NCBI GenBank assembly: GCA_951406725.2
Contig: OX597826.1
Coordinates: 20,522,001-20,586,000, forward strand
Source: Octopus vulgaris
Lineage: Eukaryota
Direction: 5' to 3'
DNA: 64,000 nucleotides
This document shows, piece by piece, positions 11,762 to 27,976 of this stretch (position 1 is its first letter; every line of letters starts with the position of its first letter). Under the pieces are notes generated by a model that was given only the letters and a program-made list of their open reading frames with translations, was not told the DNA's origin and did not search any database. The position numbers and the translations under genes were made by a program.

Positions 11762-12162
11762 TTAGGGAATAAATCCAAACTTACAGGGAAAAATCAGATT
11801 TAGGATTGAATCCAATTTATAGTAAAATATTATATTATACAAATTAGAGACAAAACCACTATTATGCAAATCAAATAAAGAAAGACTTAATCCAATACAT
11901 AAATTAATTTATATTATTTAGTAATTTAACAATTATTAATATCCACTACGATCGTTTCATGTCTTCTTTTCATCACATCTTTGAGTAGTAGACATTCTTC
12001 AGGTGGTTTCAAATATTCTTGGCGAGTGATGAAAAGAAGACATGAAACGATCGTAGTGGATATTAATAATTGTTAAATTACTAAATGATATAAATTAATT
12101 TATGTATTGGATTAAGTCTTTCTTTGTTTGATTTGCATAATAGCGGTTTTGTCTCTAATTTG

Positions 12163-12171
<9 letters not shown>
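11761..12171 (-). mobile_element. Penelope-like pseudo-LTR fragment with inverted partial copy, inserted in (TA)n
   Basis: Arms 11831-11976 and 12026-12171 are reverse complements with about 3 mismatches. Contains a hammerhead; related ends recur at 42818-43197. Confidence 0.7.
11943..12006 (-). ncRNA. Type I hammerhead ribozyme
   Basis: ccac-CUGAAGA-augucu-[25 nt loop]-agacau-GAAAC-gauc-GUA-gugg: complete core, stem I ccac/gugg, 6 bp stem II, short palindromic stem III (ACGAUCGU). Confidence 0.85.
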
Positions 12172-12202
<31 letters not shown>

Positions 12203-12204
<2 letters not shown>

Positions 12205-12408
12205 TCTTTACTCTTTTACTTGTTTCAGTCATTTGACTGCGGCCATGCTGGAGCACCGCCTTTAGTCGAGCAAATCGACCCCGGGACTTATTCTTTGTAA
12301 GCCCAGCACTTATTCTATCGGTCTCTTTTGCCGAACCGCCAGGTGACGGGGACGTAAACACACCAGCATAGGTTGTCAAGCAATGCTAGGGGGACAAACA
12401 CACACACA

Positions 12409-12458
<50 letters not shown>

Positions 12459-12657
12459 TATATATATATGTATATATATATATACATATATACGACAGGC
12501 TTATTTCAGTTTCTGTTTACAAAATCCACTCACAAGGCATTGGTCGGCCCGGGGCTATAGCAGAAGACACTTGCCCAAGATGCCACGCAGTGGGACTGAA
12601 CCCGGAACCATGTGGTTGGTTAGCAAGCTATTTACCACACAGCCACTCCTGCGCCTA
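12203..12657 (-). mobile_element. Family-B SINE, near full length
   Basis: Head ends 'acacagccactcctgcgcc' on +; internal (CA)n/(TA)n; tail 'tactcttttacttgtttcagtcatttgactgcggccatgctggagcaccgcc'. Confidence 0.85.
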
Positions 12658-12703
12658 TATTGTCTATCAAGACAGACGGGGGAAAGAATGTTTTTATATA
12701 TAA

Positions 12704-12783
12704 TGAACGTGAAACACAGGAAGGGACGAACACGGAACACAGACAAATCATTCGAAGCCTTCAATCTTCAGTCAGACACCGAA

Positions 12784-12790
<7 letters not shown>
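12704..12790. repeat. Short interspersed fragment (family F); second copy at 29670-29770
   Basis: Shared 'gaa..cac.gaagggacgaaca...cattc.aagccttca.tcttcagtcaga' adjoining (TA)n in both places. Confidence 0.55.
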
Positions 12791-12840
<50 letters not shown>

Positions 12841-12859
12841 TATATATTTATTTATTTAT

Positions 12860-13445
12860 TTATGGTGAGCTCAACTCTAGTAAGCGACTACCACATAAGC
12901 CGAGCAAAAGGTATAAAGACCATGTGAAGGAAAACCTGAAGAAATCAGATATGAACAAAAGTGATTGGGAAAAAGATGTTCTAGATGGGAACAAGTGGAG
13001 TGGTGCTGTTAGGACTGGTTTCAATGCCTAGAAGGAAAAGATGATTGAGCACTCTAGAGTTAAAAGGGCCTGTCGCAAAGGAACAATTGGGACTGGAATC
13101 AACAGTGAACATTGGATATGTATTATATGTGGCCATGTTCTGTTGTCAAAAGCAGGATATGTGAATCATATGAAGTCACATAAAAATCGTAATGCCCAGA
13201 TAGGTAATGATCTTGGACACCAACCACCTCTCACGGCTTGTGGACTTAAAAGACATATGCTGGTTCGCAAAAACACTCCTTCAGAATCAGGTTCCAAAGG
13301 GCAAAGATATAGAATAAACTTAAATAATATTAGTCACTAGTGTTTTAAACCCTGCCAGTCATGTAAGGGCTCATCAACGGTGTGATGGGGTGGTGCGTGT
13401 ATGTGTGTGTGTGTGTGTGTGTGTTGATGGGACGGCTATCATCTG
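12860..13445 (+). mobile_element. RTE-clade LINE 3' fragment (RT C-terminus plus C2H2 finger), with in-frame stop
   Basis: YGELNSSKRLPHKPSKRYKDHVKENLKK...DWEKDVLDGNKW is the typical RTE YGEL...RYKD...W motif; followed by CIICGHVLLSKAGYVNHMKSH. Confidence 0.8.
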
Positions 13446-13975
13446 TCAAGATGAAACAATCATCATATATACACATAGACATACATACACATACATCTAT
13501 TCACATACACCCAAATAAATACATCCATATATATTTGTGTATGCATGTATGCTTTGGTATTGTTTATCAGTTTGTAGAATCATCTAAATTTTTATCAATT
13601 GTGGTATTCTATATATTTAGTAAAGTAAAATATATTTCTTATTTTGAATTTTGCCTCCTCGGTTTCTTTAAACAAGTGGAATAAGCCACATCGACTGGTT
13701 TGAATTAATTTGTTAAGCAAGACGATAAGGCGTGTGAGGGGGATGTTTACTATATATCGTTTCCCTGTTTGTGTTGATACAGCTTTATTTTGGGAACCAT
13801 GCATTAGCGGTTCGACAATTATAGACTGATAAGATATGAACCAGGCTAAAACATGTACTGGAGACGAGATGATCGACTACAGGCCCTTGTAGTAGGTGCT
13901 CCAATCAGGTCGCAGTCCAATGTCAAACTAGTAAAAGAATAACATAGAAATTATTTTTCAGACCATATACATATT

Positions 13976-14190
13976 GAGGTGAGCTGGCGGAATCGTCAGC
14001 TCGCCGGGCTTGGCGGTATATTGTCCGTCCTTACTCTCTGAGCTCAAATTCCGCAGAGGTCGACTTTGCTTTTCATCCTTTCGGGGTCGATAAATTAAGT
14101 ATCATTTTAGTACTGGGGTCGATATAATCGACTACTCCCTCCCACCAAATTTCAGGCCTTGTGCCTATAGTAGAAAGGATTATTATTATT
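13976..14190 (+). mobile_element. Family-A SINE
   Basis: 'gagctggcggaatcgtcagc...ctcaaattcc...catcctttcggggtcgataaattaagta...aggccttgtgcctatagtagaaagg' followed by (ATT)n. Confidence 0.8.
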
Positions 14191-14349
14191 TCTTTTTATC
14201 TCAGGTTTTGTTAGAGCTCCTGGAGTCTCGCATGCGTAGCGGGCTTGTTGCCAGTGGCTTACGGTACCATGTTATCTGTTCTACTGTCTCCAAGGATTCA
14301 GCAATAATTGGCACTATCTTCACTTTTCCAAAGCCGGGCTATTTCGTAC

Positions 14350-14788
<439 letters not shown>

Positions 14789-15256
14789 GAGCGACAGAAC
14801 AACACACCATCAAAGTGACGCTGGGGTACAAATATGTGAAGCCCAATATACCCAACAGGATTACCCTCTGATAAGGGTACACCAGGCAAATGCATCACAA
14901 CCATATGTGCACGACATAGTGACCTTATATCAAGATAAACAGCGCATGACCTTGAATACGGCTTGTTTAATGATGATGAATGAAATACCCATTCTTCCAG
15001 GGGTGAATTATTCAATTCCCCTCAACATATGGTTATATTGCACCCCACCCACTACTCTTGCCCGTGATCATAGATGCACTAAGGGACATGTTCAACTAAT
15101 TAAGGTCAACCAATAGACAAGTAAATCTGTGGTACTGAGCAGAATATTTGCTGTAGGCTACCTTTTACACCAAGATAAAACAATGTACATGATAACACTT
15201 CCAATCGGTTATGATCAAACGCCATGAGAGCCACTGCCTGGTATTGCCTCAGGGCT
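14789..15256 (-). mobile_element. Family-E element, inverted copy with internal deletion
   Basis: Reverse complement of 358-903 (e.g. 'gccatgagagccactgcctggta', 'caatgtacatgataacacttccaatc'); flanked by (TTA)n. Confidence 0.75.
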
Positions 15257-15257
15257 T

Positions 15258-15324
<67 letters not shown>

Positions 15325-16066
15325 CTAATTTTAATGGCTAAAAATAGTTGAAAACCATCGATCCACTGAAAGTTTATACCAAGTATATGAAATAAATTTA
15401 TCGATTAAAAAAAGTAAATAGTTTTTATAATTTTCTATTCAAATTTATAATTATAAAATATTTAATTTTCTCTTTCTTTTAGTTCCTTTGTTTTTGCTTC
15501 TTTTGTTCTTTGCTGCATTAAACTAATTCATTGTTCTCTATAAAACTTATTTCAAGATTCAAAATGTTAATTTAATCTCCGATTAAACATATTGCAAAAA
15601 AAATAAACTCCAAAGAGATCCAGAACTCTAATATGGCTTCATTCCAATTCTTTCCTTAAATTTATTTTTACGTTAAAAAAATGGATTCCAAACCAAAATT
15701 CAAATAGAAAAAACTGGTTCCTTTCAATTTCTGGTAGGTTGTTTGGTAACGATTGATAAAACTCCAACGAAAGATGAGACATGTTTATAAGTTTTAATGA
15801 TTTTAAATGAAATATCATTTCATGATGAAAGTTTTGCAAAGCTCGACTTTTTTTTTCTAAGGTTTTTGCGCTGAGGTGGGAGAGCAGCGTTTAGGATTCC
15901 TTACAAGGTCTCTGAGACTAGTGGGAAGAAAAGAGGAAGTTTTCCATAGACTAGACGCCTGGCCCTTGATACTTACAACACTGTAGGCTCTGTGAAAGGT
16001 AGCCAAGAACCTGGCGGTGGTACTAAACCGATTGTCTCGAGTATTTTAAGGCTGATGGAGCCCATC

Positions 16067-16193
16067 CTTCTTCTTCTTCTTCTTCTTCTTCTTCTTCTTC
16101 TTCTTCTTCTTCTTCTTCTTCTTCTTCTTCTTCTTCTTCTTCTTCTTCTTCTTCTTCTTCTTCTTCTTCTTCTTCTTCTTCTTCTTCTTCTTC
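16067..16193. repeat. (CTT)n microsatellite
   Basis: Direct reading. Confidence 0.95.
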
Positions 16194-16631
16194 TCAGCCT
16201 CGGCTGGATGTAAGTTCGGCAGAGTGGGATTTGAACTCCGGCTGTTGAGATCCGATGCTCTAATGATTGCCAAATCGTAATATACTGAGATATTGCAAGA
16301 AATGTTCAATATGTTCCTTTAGTTGTTTGTTCCTTTTTTTAGCACCAGACCAACCCTGACAGAATAGATCCGTGATCAAAGGCATTCCAGCCGTAACCTT
16401 CCCATCTTATTTCTAGGGATAGTGAATCCAGGATCACATAATGAATCCCCCCCTTTTTTACGGAATAATTTGGGCGTAATTATGTCTGTTACTTCTAGTC
16501 GGTCGAGCGGCCTCTTAGAGTCTCGTATATTGAGTGAGATTTGGTTGTTATTTCTAGCAGGCCGATCGACCACATTCAGGGTCTCTTGGCTATTGCTTAG
16601 TCCGAGGTCAGCTGTGATCTACTGGACTTAC

Positions 16632-17222
16632 AATCTTTTCTACTCTAGGCACAACGCCCGAAATTTTTGAGGAGTGGGGGGCAGTCGATTAGACCGATTA
16701 GACCGACCTCAGTACGCAACTGGTACTTAATTTATCGACTCCGAAAGGATGAAAGGCAAAGTCGACCTCGGCGGAATTTGAACTCAGAACGTAAAGACAG
16801 ACGAAATACCGCTAAGCATATATATAACGTTTCGTATTTTTTTATTGCCCACAAGGGGCTGAACGTAGAGGGGACAGACAAAGGGATTAAGTGCGTAACT
16901 GGTGCTTTATTGATCGACCCCGAAAGGATGAAAGGCAAAGTCGACTTCGGCGGAATTTGAACTCAGAACGTAGCGGCAGACGAAATACCTATTTCTTTAC
17001 TACCCACAAGGCGCTAAACACAGAGGGGACAAACAAGGACAGACAAACGGATTAAGTTGATTACATCGACCCCAGTGCGTAACTGGTACTTAATTTATCG
17101 ACCCCGAAAGTATGAAAGGCAAAGTCGACCTCGGCGGAATTTGAACTCAGAACGTAAAGGCAGACGAAATACGGCTACGCATTTCGCCCGGCGTGCTAAC
17201 GTTTCTGCCAGCTCGCCGCCTT
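16632..17222 (-). mobile_element. Tandem array of three family-A SINE copies with different tails
   Basis: Core 'gaaaggatgaaaggcaaagtcgac.tcggcggaatttgaactcagaacgta' at ~16743, ~16922 and ~17106; only the last copy has a complete head. Confidence 0.85.
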
Positions 17223-18991
17223 ACTGGACTCATAATCAAAGACATTTCAGATTTGACCACCCTATAAGTAGAGAACCTACGATCACACCCACTGTGTTCT
17301 TTTCTAAGACGGTGGAATGTGATTTGAGGGAAGTTTGGCTGCTGTTTCAACTAACTTAAGTAATTAAGAGATTTGCCTATTGCACCACCGATTTTATCAA
17401 TGTCATGGTAATATAAGTAGAGAACCATTTTGTGACATCATTTTAGTGAGTTCAAAACGCACCGAGGATCAACTTTGAAATTCATAATTCCGGGGTAGTC
17501 AAAAATAATTTCCAGTTAAATACTTGCGGGGTGGGGGTACCTGTCTAATTGACTATAGATTTCCTTGTCCCCAACGTATATGGCCCTTGAGCCCGAATAT
17601 GAAATTATTGATGTAATAGGCAACACTTGGTTGTGTAATTAAGGTAACTGCGAAACAGAGAAAACCTTTGACCCAGTATTTTTCACCTGGAATAAGGTTT
17701 AATTGGCAATTTTGGTCAATATTTGTACAATAAATTTTACGAACGAGATAAATTCTAAGAGTAACAGCAATTCTCGCTAGTTGTGTCGTCTTCCTCCCAA
17801 ATATTCCAGTGCTTCTCATCGACTGCTGTTGTGTAATCGAGTGCAGAGAGCCAAAAGATTGTTATACGATATTTCATGGTGGTCACTTGTAACAGCAACC
17901 AGCTAATTCGAATTAAATGACATGGATAATACATTCGGATGGTTATACGACTGCTAGTTGTCTATATTTTATCTATTTTCTTTTACGACATTATTTTCTT
18001 GAAAACGGAATAAAAACTAGACAAAATTCGAGCAAAAAATACAAACATATAAACTTTCCTAGTCTCTTAAACATAATATATTTGTTCTTAGGAGTTAGGT
18101 CATGGCGTTTTGAGATTGTCGGATCAGGTAGTTGGTGTGAGATTTATGGCAAGTTGGCGAGACTTGACTCCGAAAAGCAGTCGTGACGCCGCATATTAAC
18201 TGAAGTAAGCAGTTAGCAATCAGTCGATCTAAGCAGCAGACAGAAGCACTTGTTCCCATTATGGCTGCTGTAACATATCAAAAAGTCAGACTGGAGAATA
18301 TAGATAAGACTGTTCTATACGCGCTGAAGGGTAATAAACAGTTTCTTTGGGTTACAAATCGAGAATATAACCGGTTTGTGAAATAAAATAAAAGATAATA
18401 TTGGCGGTGGGTCTGTTAAGAAGGACTTTCCGATGAGTTTTTAACAAGAACAACCAACATAAAGACGATAAACAAACAATATAATAAATAATTCGCCACT
18501 TTCTAAGTTTGCTTATTATTATTTTGAATACTTATCATATTTCATTTCAATTCTCACCAGGATTAATTCATTTGTTTCTTAACTTTTACGTATCTGAAAT
18601 AATTCATGAAAACGTTGTCGCAATAGATTTAGCTTATCACCAGGAAAATATACCACCTCACTCCTACTACTTCACACACACACACACTTACACACACTTA
18701 TACACACACACACACACAAAAGCATACACACAAATGATTTATTTTTCTGCTGAACATTGCGATGGGCGACCAAGATGCATGTAGACATAATTCCTCCAAC
18801 CCAACCCCAACCCACCCCACCAACCCATCTTTTACTGCACAGTTTAATACTCTTTGACAGAAGAAGACCGTTGAAAACGAGTACTTTCTACAATTGGGAA
18901 AATAAGTGTGTATGTGGGTGGGGGGGAGACATGAATAAATACATACGAACACATATCGGCGTGCACATAACACACACACACACACACACAC

Positions 18992-19038
<47 letters not shown>

Positions 19039-19042
19039 TATG

Positions 19043-19232
<190 letters not shown>

Positions 19233-19393
19233 CATATATGCATACGTGCACACACAGGTATAAGTATACTGGAACAAATTACATATATTTTTGCAAGATA
19301 GGAGACCATATTCTGTCTATCTGGTGTTTGTCTGGTGTTCTTCACTTCAGATTTAAGCAGCATTTTGCATACACACACATAATATATATATAT

Positions 19394-19458
<65 letters not shown>

Positions 19459-19537
19459 TGCATCTATATATGATTTGATTTTGATTTTGATTTTTCCAGT
19501 TTCAGCTAATGAGCTGTGGCCATGCTGGGGCACCGCC

Positions 19538-19568
<31 letters not shown>

Positions 19569-20530
19569 CATATATATATATATGCGTGCATGTATATATA
19601 TATACATATATATATATATGTAGGTGTGTGTATATATATATATATATGCACATATACACATACACATACACACACACACACAAAAACACACGCACACACG
19701 CATATATATGAACTTACATACGGGCATATATGTATACGAACGAGTATGTATACACAGATATATGCCTACACACATATGCACACACATACATGGACATAGA
19801 TATATACACATACACACATGCATGTGTGTGTGTGTGTGTGAGTGCGCGTGCATGTGTGTAGTCGAGTTGTATATCCGTGGTTATGGCCAGTCAGAAAGAT
19901 ACCAACAGTCACTTTTTGACCCGCTACAACCAAGGATGTACTACATAAAATATAACTGGTCAAAATTTCTTTTAGAGGGAGCGTTTTTTCCTGACTGGGC
20001 AACTGACCAATTTTACACACACACACTACATGCACATTTATACATGTCACAGCATACCCTCAGTCCTCTCTGCTGTACCGAAGTAATCTTCGTGTAACAA
20101 CGTTTTATTACGTCGAGTCCCGCTGTTAGTTTGACGCTGCGCTAATCATGATTGGCAGCAATCGACCAGGCCACCAAGAACAAATGTTCTCCACAAAACC
20201 AACGTGGTTTCTTTCTGTTTTTTCGTGATCTGAATGATTTCAAAATTCAATCAGCCAGTTGATAGCGCATTGTAATTTGCACTCGGTATGATCATTCATT
20301 ACTTATGCAGCTCACTTTACATTGGGATAAAAGACCATCGTCTGGTGTATCTTTGAAGTGAACAGATTCGAGGTGTACTACAACGTACGCCAGGCCAAAC
20401 CAAACATCCCGCCCACTTCAACATAATGGACTATTCCATAATCTATTTAGCAGCGTGCAGCATCTCTGCACACCATGCATTTGCTCATTCAAAGAAACGG
20501 AAGGAACAATATTCCTTATTTAAACTTTAC

Positions 20531-21150
20531 AACCAGTGTTGGTGTGTTTACGTCTCCGTAACCTGGCGGTTCGGCAAACGAGACCGATAGAATAAATACA
20601 ATTCTTAAAAGAAAAAAGTTCTGGGGTCGATTCATTTGATTATAAATTCATCAAGACGGCGCTCCAGCATGGCCGCAGTCAGATGATTAAAACAAGCAAA
20701 CAATAAAAATAAAGCTATATATATATATATATATTTTATTGCTTTATTCTTTTACTTCTTTCAATAATTTTGACTGCAGCCACGCTGGAGCACCGCTTTT
20801 AGTCGAACAAACCGATCCCAGGACATCTTTGTATGCCTAGTTCTATTCTATCGATATCTTTTGCCGAACCGCAAAGTACAGGGACGTAAACACACCAACA
20901 TCGATGTCAAGCGATGGTGGGGAGAGAAACACAGACACGCACACAGACACACACACAGACACACACACACACACACATGCACATACACACACGATAGGAT
21001 TCTTTTCAGTTTCCGTCTAGCAAATCCACTTAGAAGGCTTTGGTCAACCCGAAATTATAGTAGAAGACACTTCCCAAGGTGCCACGCAATGGGACTGAAT
21101 CCAGGACCATTTGGTTGGGAAGCAAGATTCTTACCACGCAGCCGCTCCTA
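20531..21150. mobile_element. Tail-to-tail pair of family-B SINEs (+ 20531-20712; - 20745-21150)
   Basis: The same tail motifs occur in opposite orientation, separated by a short (TA)n. Confidence 0.8.
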
Positions 21151-21152
21151 CA

Positions 21153-23943
<2,791 letters not shown>

Positions 23944-24293
23944 AACACACACACACACACACAAACATGCATGTATATAGATCTTCACTTTTCTTCTTTT
24001 CTCCTTATCTCTTTTCCACTAACCTTATACTTATAATTATTGCCTCTCTTCGCCCCCCCCCCCCCCCATGCCTGTACCTTTCTTTTCCTCATGACCAGAA
24101 ATGACTCTGTTGAAAGTAGCATTGATTTCCTAAGTCTTCCAATTTTTCTCAACCGTTCAATGGACCGATTGAGTAAACCTATCAATAACGAACAATGAAC
24201 CTTTAATGATTACTGGTAACGACTGTAAGTCAAATTTAGTACAATAAAGACAAAATATGTAATGGGAATTATTCGTGCTTTGTCATATATGTG

Positions 24294-24334
<41 letters not shown>

Positions 24335-25140
24335 GGTTATTGTGTTACAATGATTGCCAGGGAAAATATGACCTCCGAGTGTCAAGTAGGATAAATATTC
24401 AGAGTAAATAACATGATTAGTTTTATTAAAGATCGCTGCTGTATAATGACTTGAAATTTAGCACCGGACTAGCATTCATAGAATGATATGTGTATATGTA
24501 TATAGATATGCGTGTGTGTTTGTGTGTACGTGTGTGTGTGTGTTTGTTTGTACGTGTGTGTGTGTGTGTGTATACGTATACATACATAATTATATACAGC
24601 TATATATATATATATACATACAAGTAATGGAAAAGTAGTTACCTCGACAATGACTTCATACATACGCCCATATATACGCATACATATATCAACACACCAG
24701 CCTACGTACACACACCTCATACATACACATGAGTGAGTACGTGAGTGTAAGTGAACAGACATATAAAGGTGCACGTTCATAAAAATTGTATATATGACTA
24801 TACATGTATATATGTGTGTATATATGTATGCTGTATGTGTATATAGAAAGAGAAGAGAGCGAGAGAGAGAAGATAATGTATTAATACAAGTTTTTTAATT
24901 GTGTTGAAAAGATTGCGTTGGTCCAGCTTCATTCAGAATCCCGTTGAACTTTGCAATACATTTTCAGAAATATTGTTTTCACAATTAGAAGAAAATAATG
25001 AATTTTCCTGCCGACTTCCTGTATTTTCTTTTTCATAAAAGATACAAGCAACACACATTTTTGCAGTTTCAGAAAATAAACTTGGATTGTTGTTGTTGTT
25101 GTTGTTGTTTCATTTCTTGTGACAGTCCAAGTCTGAAATG

Positions 25141-25370
25141 TATTTCCTTACTACCCACAAGGGGCTAAACACAGAGGGGACAAACAAGGACAGACAAACG
25201 GATTAAATCGATTACATCGACCCAGTACGTAACTGGTACTTAATTTATCGACCCCGAAAGGATGAAAGGCAAAGTCGACCTCGGCGGAATTTGAACCCAG
25301 AACGTAACGGCAGACGAAATACGGCTATGCATTTCGCCCGGCGTGCTAACGTTTCTGCCAGTTCGCCGCC
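25141..25370 (-). mobile_element. Family-A SINE, full length and little diverged
   Basis: Nearly identical to 16990-17222. Confidence 0.85.
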
Positions 25371-25560
25371 TAATGAAATGACAGACTGACCACTACTCAG
25401 AGGTCTCGCTAACAACATTTTGGTCACCTATTTCACATGTATGTTGTATTCGCCAATTGTGATACATACATACACACATACATACATACACACACACCAG
25501 GCATACATACATACACACCATGCATACATACATGCATACATGCAGTCTATATATATATAT

Positions 25561-25838
25561 GGAGGCGCAATGGCCCATGGTTAGGGCAGCGGATTCGCGA
25601 ACCTGCTGTATTCTTTCACCACAACTTTCTCTCACTCTTTCATCCTGTTTCTGTCGTACCTCTATTTCAAAGGGCCAGCCTTGTTACACTCTGTGTCACG
25701 GTGAATCTCCCCGAGAACTCCGTTAATGATACACGTGTCTGTGGAGTACTCAGCCACTTGCACGTTAATTTAACGAGCAGGCTGTTCCGTTGGTCGGATC
25801 CACTGGAACCCTCGTCGTCGTAACCGACGGAGTGCCAC
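25561..25838 (+). mobile_element. Third tRNA-derived SINE family (family C), head partly deleted
   Basis: 'ggaggcgcaatggcccatggttagggcagcggattcgcg' is a tRNA-like A-box arm; GC-richer body inserted between microsatellites. Single copy here. Confidence 0.5.
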
Positions 25839-25860
25839 GATGTGTGTATGTGTGTATATG

Positions 25861-25911
<51 letters not shown>

Positions 25912-26536
25912 TATATGTTATATATTTGGCTTGGTGGCTGGGATGTTGCAGTCACGGTTGCTTAGGTCATGGATTGCATTCCCTGATGGGGCGGCGCGTT
26001 ATGTTCTTGAGCAGTCTTCCAATAGGAGGCGGCGAGAATACTGGCCTGCTCGAAAATTAAAACAAAGTAAAGTGCATTGTGACCAGCGATATATAACAAC
26101 ATGCAATTATCTGGTCCATACCGTAATACACACACAAATACACATATTAAAATGAAGGAAATATTATCCGGGTAGATACTGTGGTAGCTCTCAATTATAT
26201 TCCCGTTTACGGTTAACCGCATCGATTAGTAATTAACGTCTATGAATACTGGGAGTCGTCACTCACGCTGTAGATTCCTCTTCTGGGTAATTCCGTGTTC
26301 GCTTCACTGAATGGTAATTTTATCTGGAGTGTATATTTGCAATAATTATAACGAGAGATACGGAGACTGGTACATCCTGATTTTATTTCCTTTTATTTCA
26401 CAATATCATACAACATAATTTCTTTTTGATTACGAATACCTACACGTGTTTCCAATGCACCGAGTATGGGCAGTTGCATGTGCAACCGGGCGTAATTTTC
26501 TGTCCTGCTTCGTTCAAGGTCTTTATGTCTGTCTGT

Positions 26537-26642
<106 letters not shown>

Positions 26643-27039
26643 GCGCGGGCGCGCGGGCGCACGCACACAACGAAACAGACCAGATGAAAAGATGCTTACA
26701 TAAACAGAAACAGTCTCACTCGAAAAGCTATTTTGTTTGTTTCGAGTGTCGTCCGGTTCAAGGAGTGAACAATCTAAGGATAATTATTACAGTTGTGTTC
26801 ATGAGGTTGGGTTCCTGGAAGGTATCCATGGTTACAGGGTAGGGCTAATGGTAGTATCCATGGTTACGAACTTGAACTAATATATGATGTTTGCTCATGT
26901 TCAAATATGTGTGTATGCAGGTACATGTGAGTGTGTGTTTATCTGTGCCGATGTGTATCTGCGTGTGTACATGTCTGGTCGAATCTGTATACGTATATAT
27001 TGGAATGCATCCATGTTTATCTATTGACTATTGCATATG

Positions 27040-27146
<107 letters not shown>

Positions 27147-27719
27147 ATTATGCTACAAAATTTTTATTAACTAGAAATATTTTTAGTGGTGCTACTAATA
27201 ATGGTGGTGGTTGTGGTGGTGGTGGTGGTGGTGGTGGTGGTGGTGGCGTAGTAGTGGTGGTAGAACTAGTGGCGGCGGCGGAGGTAGCAATAGTGCACAC
27301 ATTCCATTGGTGGCTAAGTCACTCTTGGCCTCGTTTTTGGGCCTGTACTTTGTGTTGTTTCGCCCCAGATTGTCACTGGGGCATGGTCAACCTTGGTCTA
27401 CATTATCTAATGCATTCTATTCTGTTACAAAATTTGAATATACTATGAGAGGTATTTGGCTATTATTTCTAGTAAGTCAGGTTTTCGTATAATCTCTTTT
27501 TGTAGGTTCTTTTTTGTATAATTTTTACGTGGCTAGCCGTGTTTTTTTTTTACATCTTCCCTCTTAAGCTGAGTGTGTTTGTGTGTGCATGTGTGAATTT
27601 ATATGAGTGTGTGTGGGGTGGGGGTGGGGGTGGGGGGTTCTGCGTGTGTATGCATGTGTAAATGTATGTGTGTGTGTGCTTATGAATGTGTTATGTGTGT
27701 GTGTAAACAGATCCGTAAA

Positions 27720-27976
27720 CCAGCGATGTAGTCTGTACATGGTCATTTAATCTGCTAAAATAGCAGCCAAATCTCCCTCCAATTATAACCAACAGTCAGA
27801 GAAACGGAAACATTAGATAATGTCGTTCTGGGTTCCCTGCTTATAAGGAAAAGACGTGATGGTCATATTAGGAATGTGTTTGATCATCGGTTGTCTGCTA
27901 GATCAAGTCTGATCTGGGGTTAATCAAAAACAACAACAACAACAACAACAGCAACAACAGCAACAACAACAACAAC
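27720..27976 (+). mobile_element. Old interspersed repeat (family D) ending in (CAA)n
   Basis: 'aatagcagccaaatctccctc...gatggtca...ggaatg...tgatca...ctggggtt' recurs near 16320-16620(-), 45690-45860, 46960-47360(-), 51740-51920(-), 54860-55080 and 62230-62480. Confidence 0.6.

Noticed and set aside
16632-17222. CRISPR-like repeat-spacer array
   Set aside because: Repeats are long SINE cores with related intervening sequence; eukaryotic context and no cas genes.
25561-25600. tRNA gene
   Set aside because: Only the 5' half is tRNA-like; no T arm or acceptor stem, so it was treated as a SINE head. The same applies to family A and B heads.
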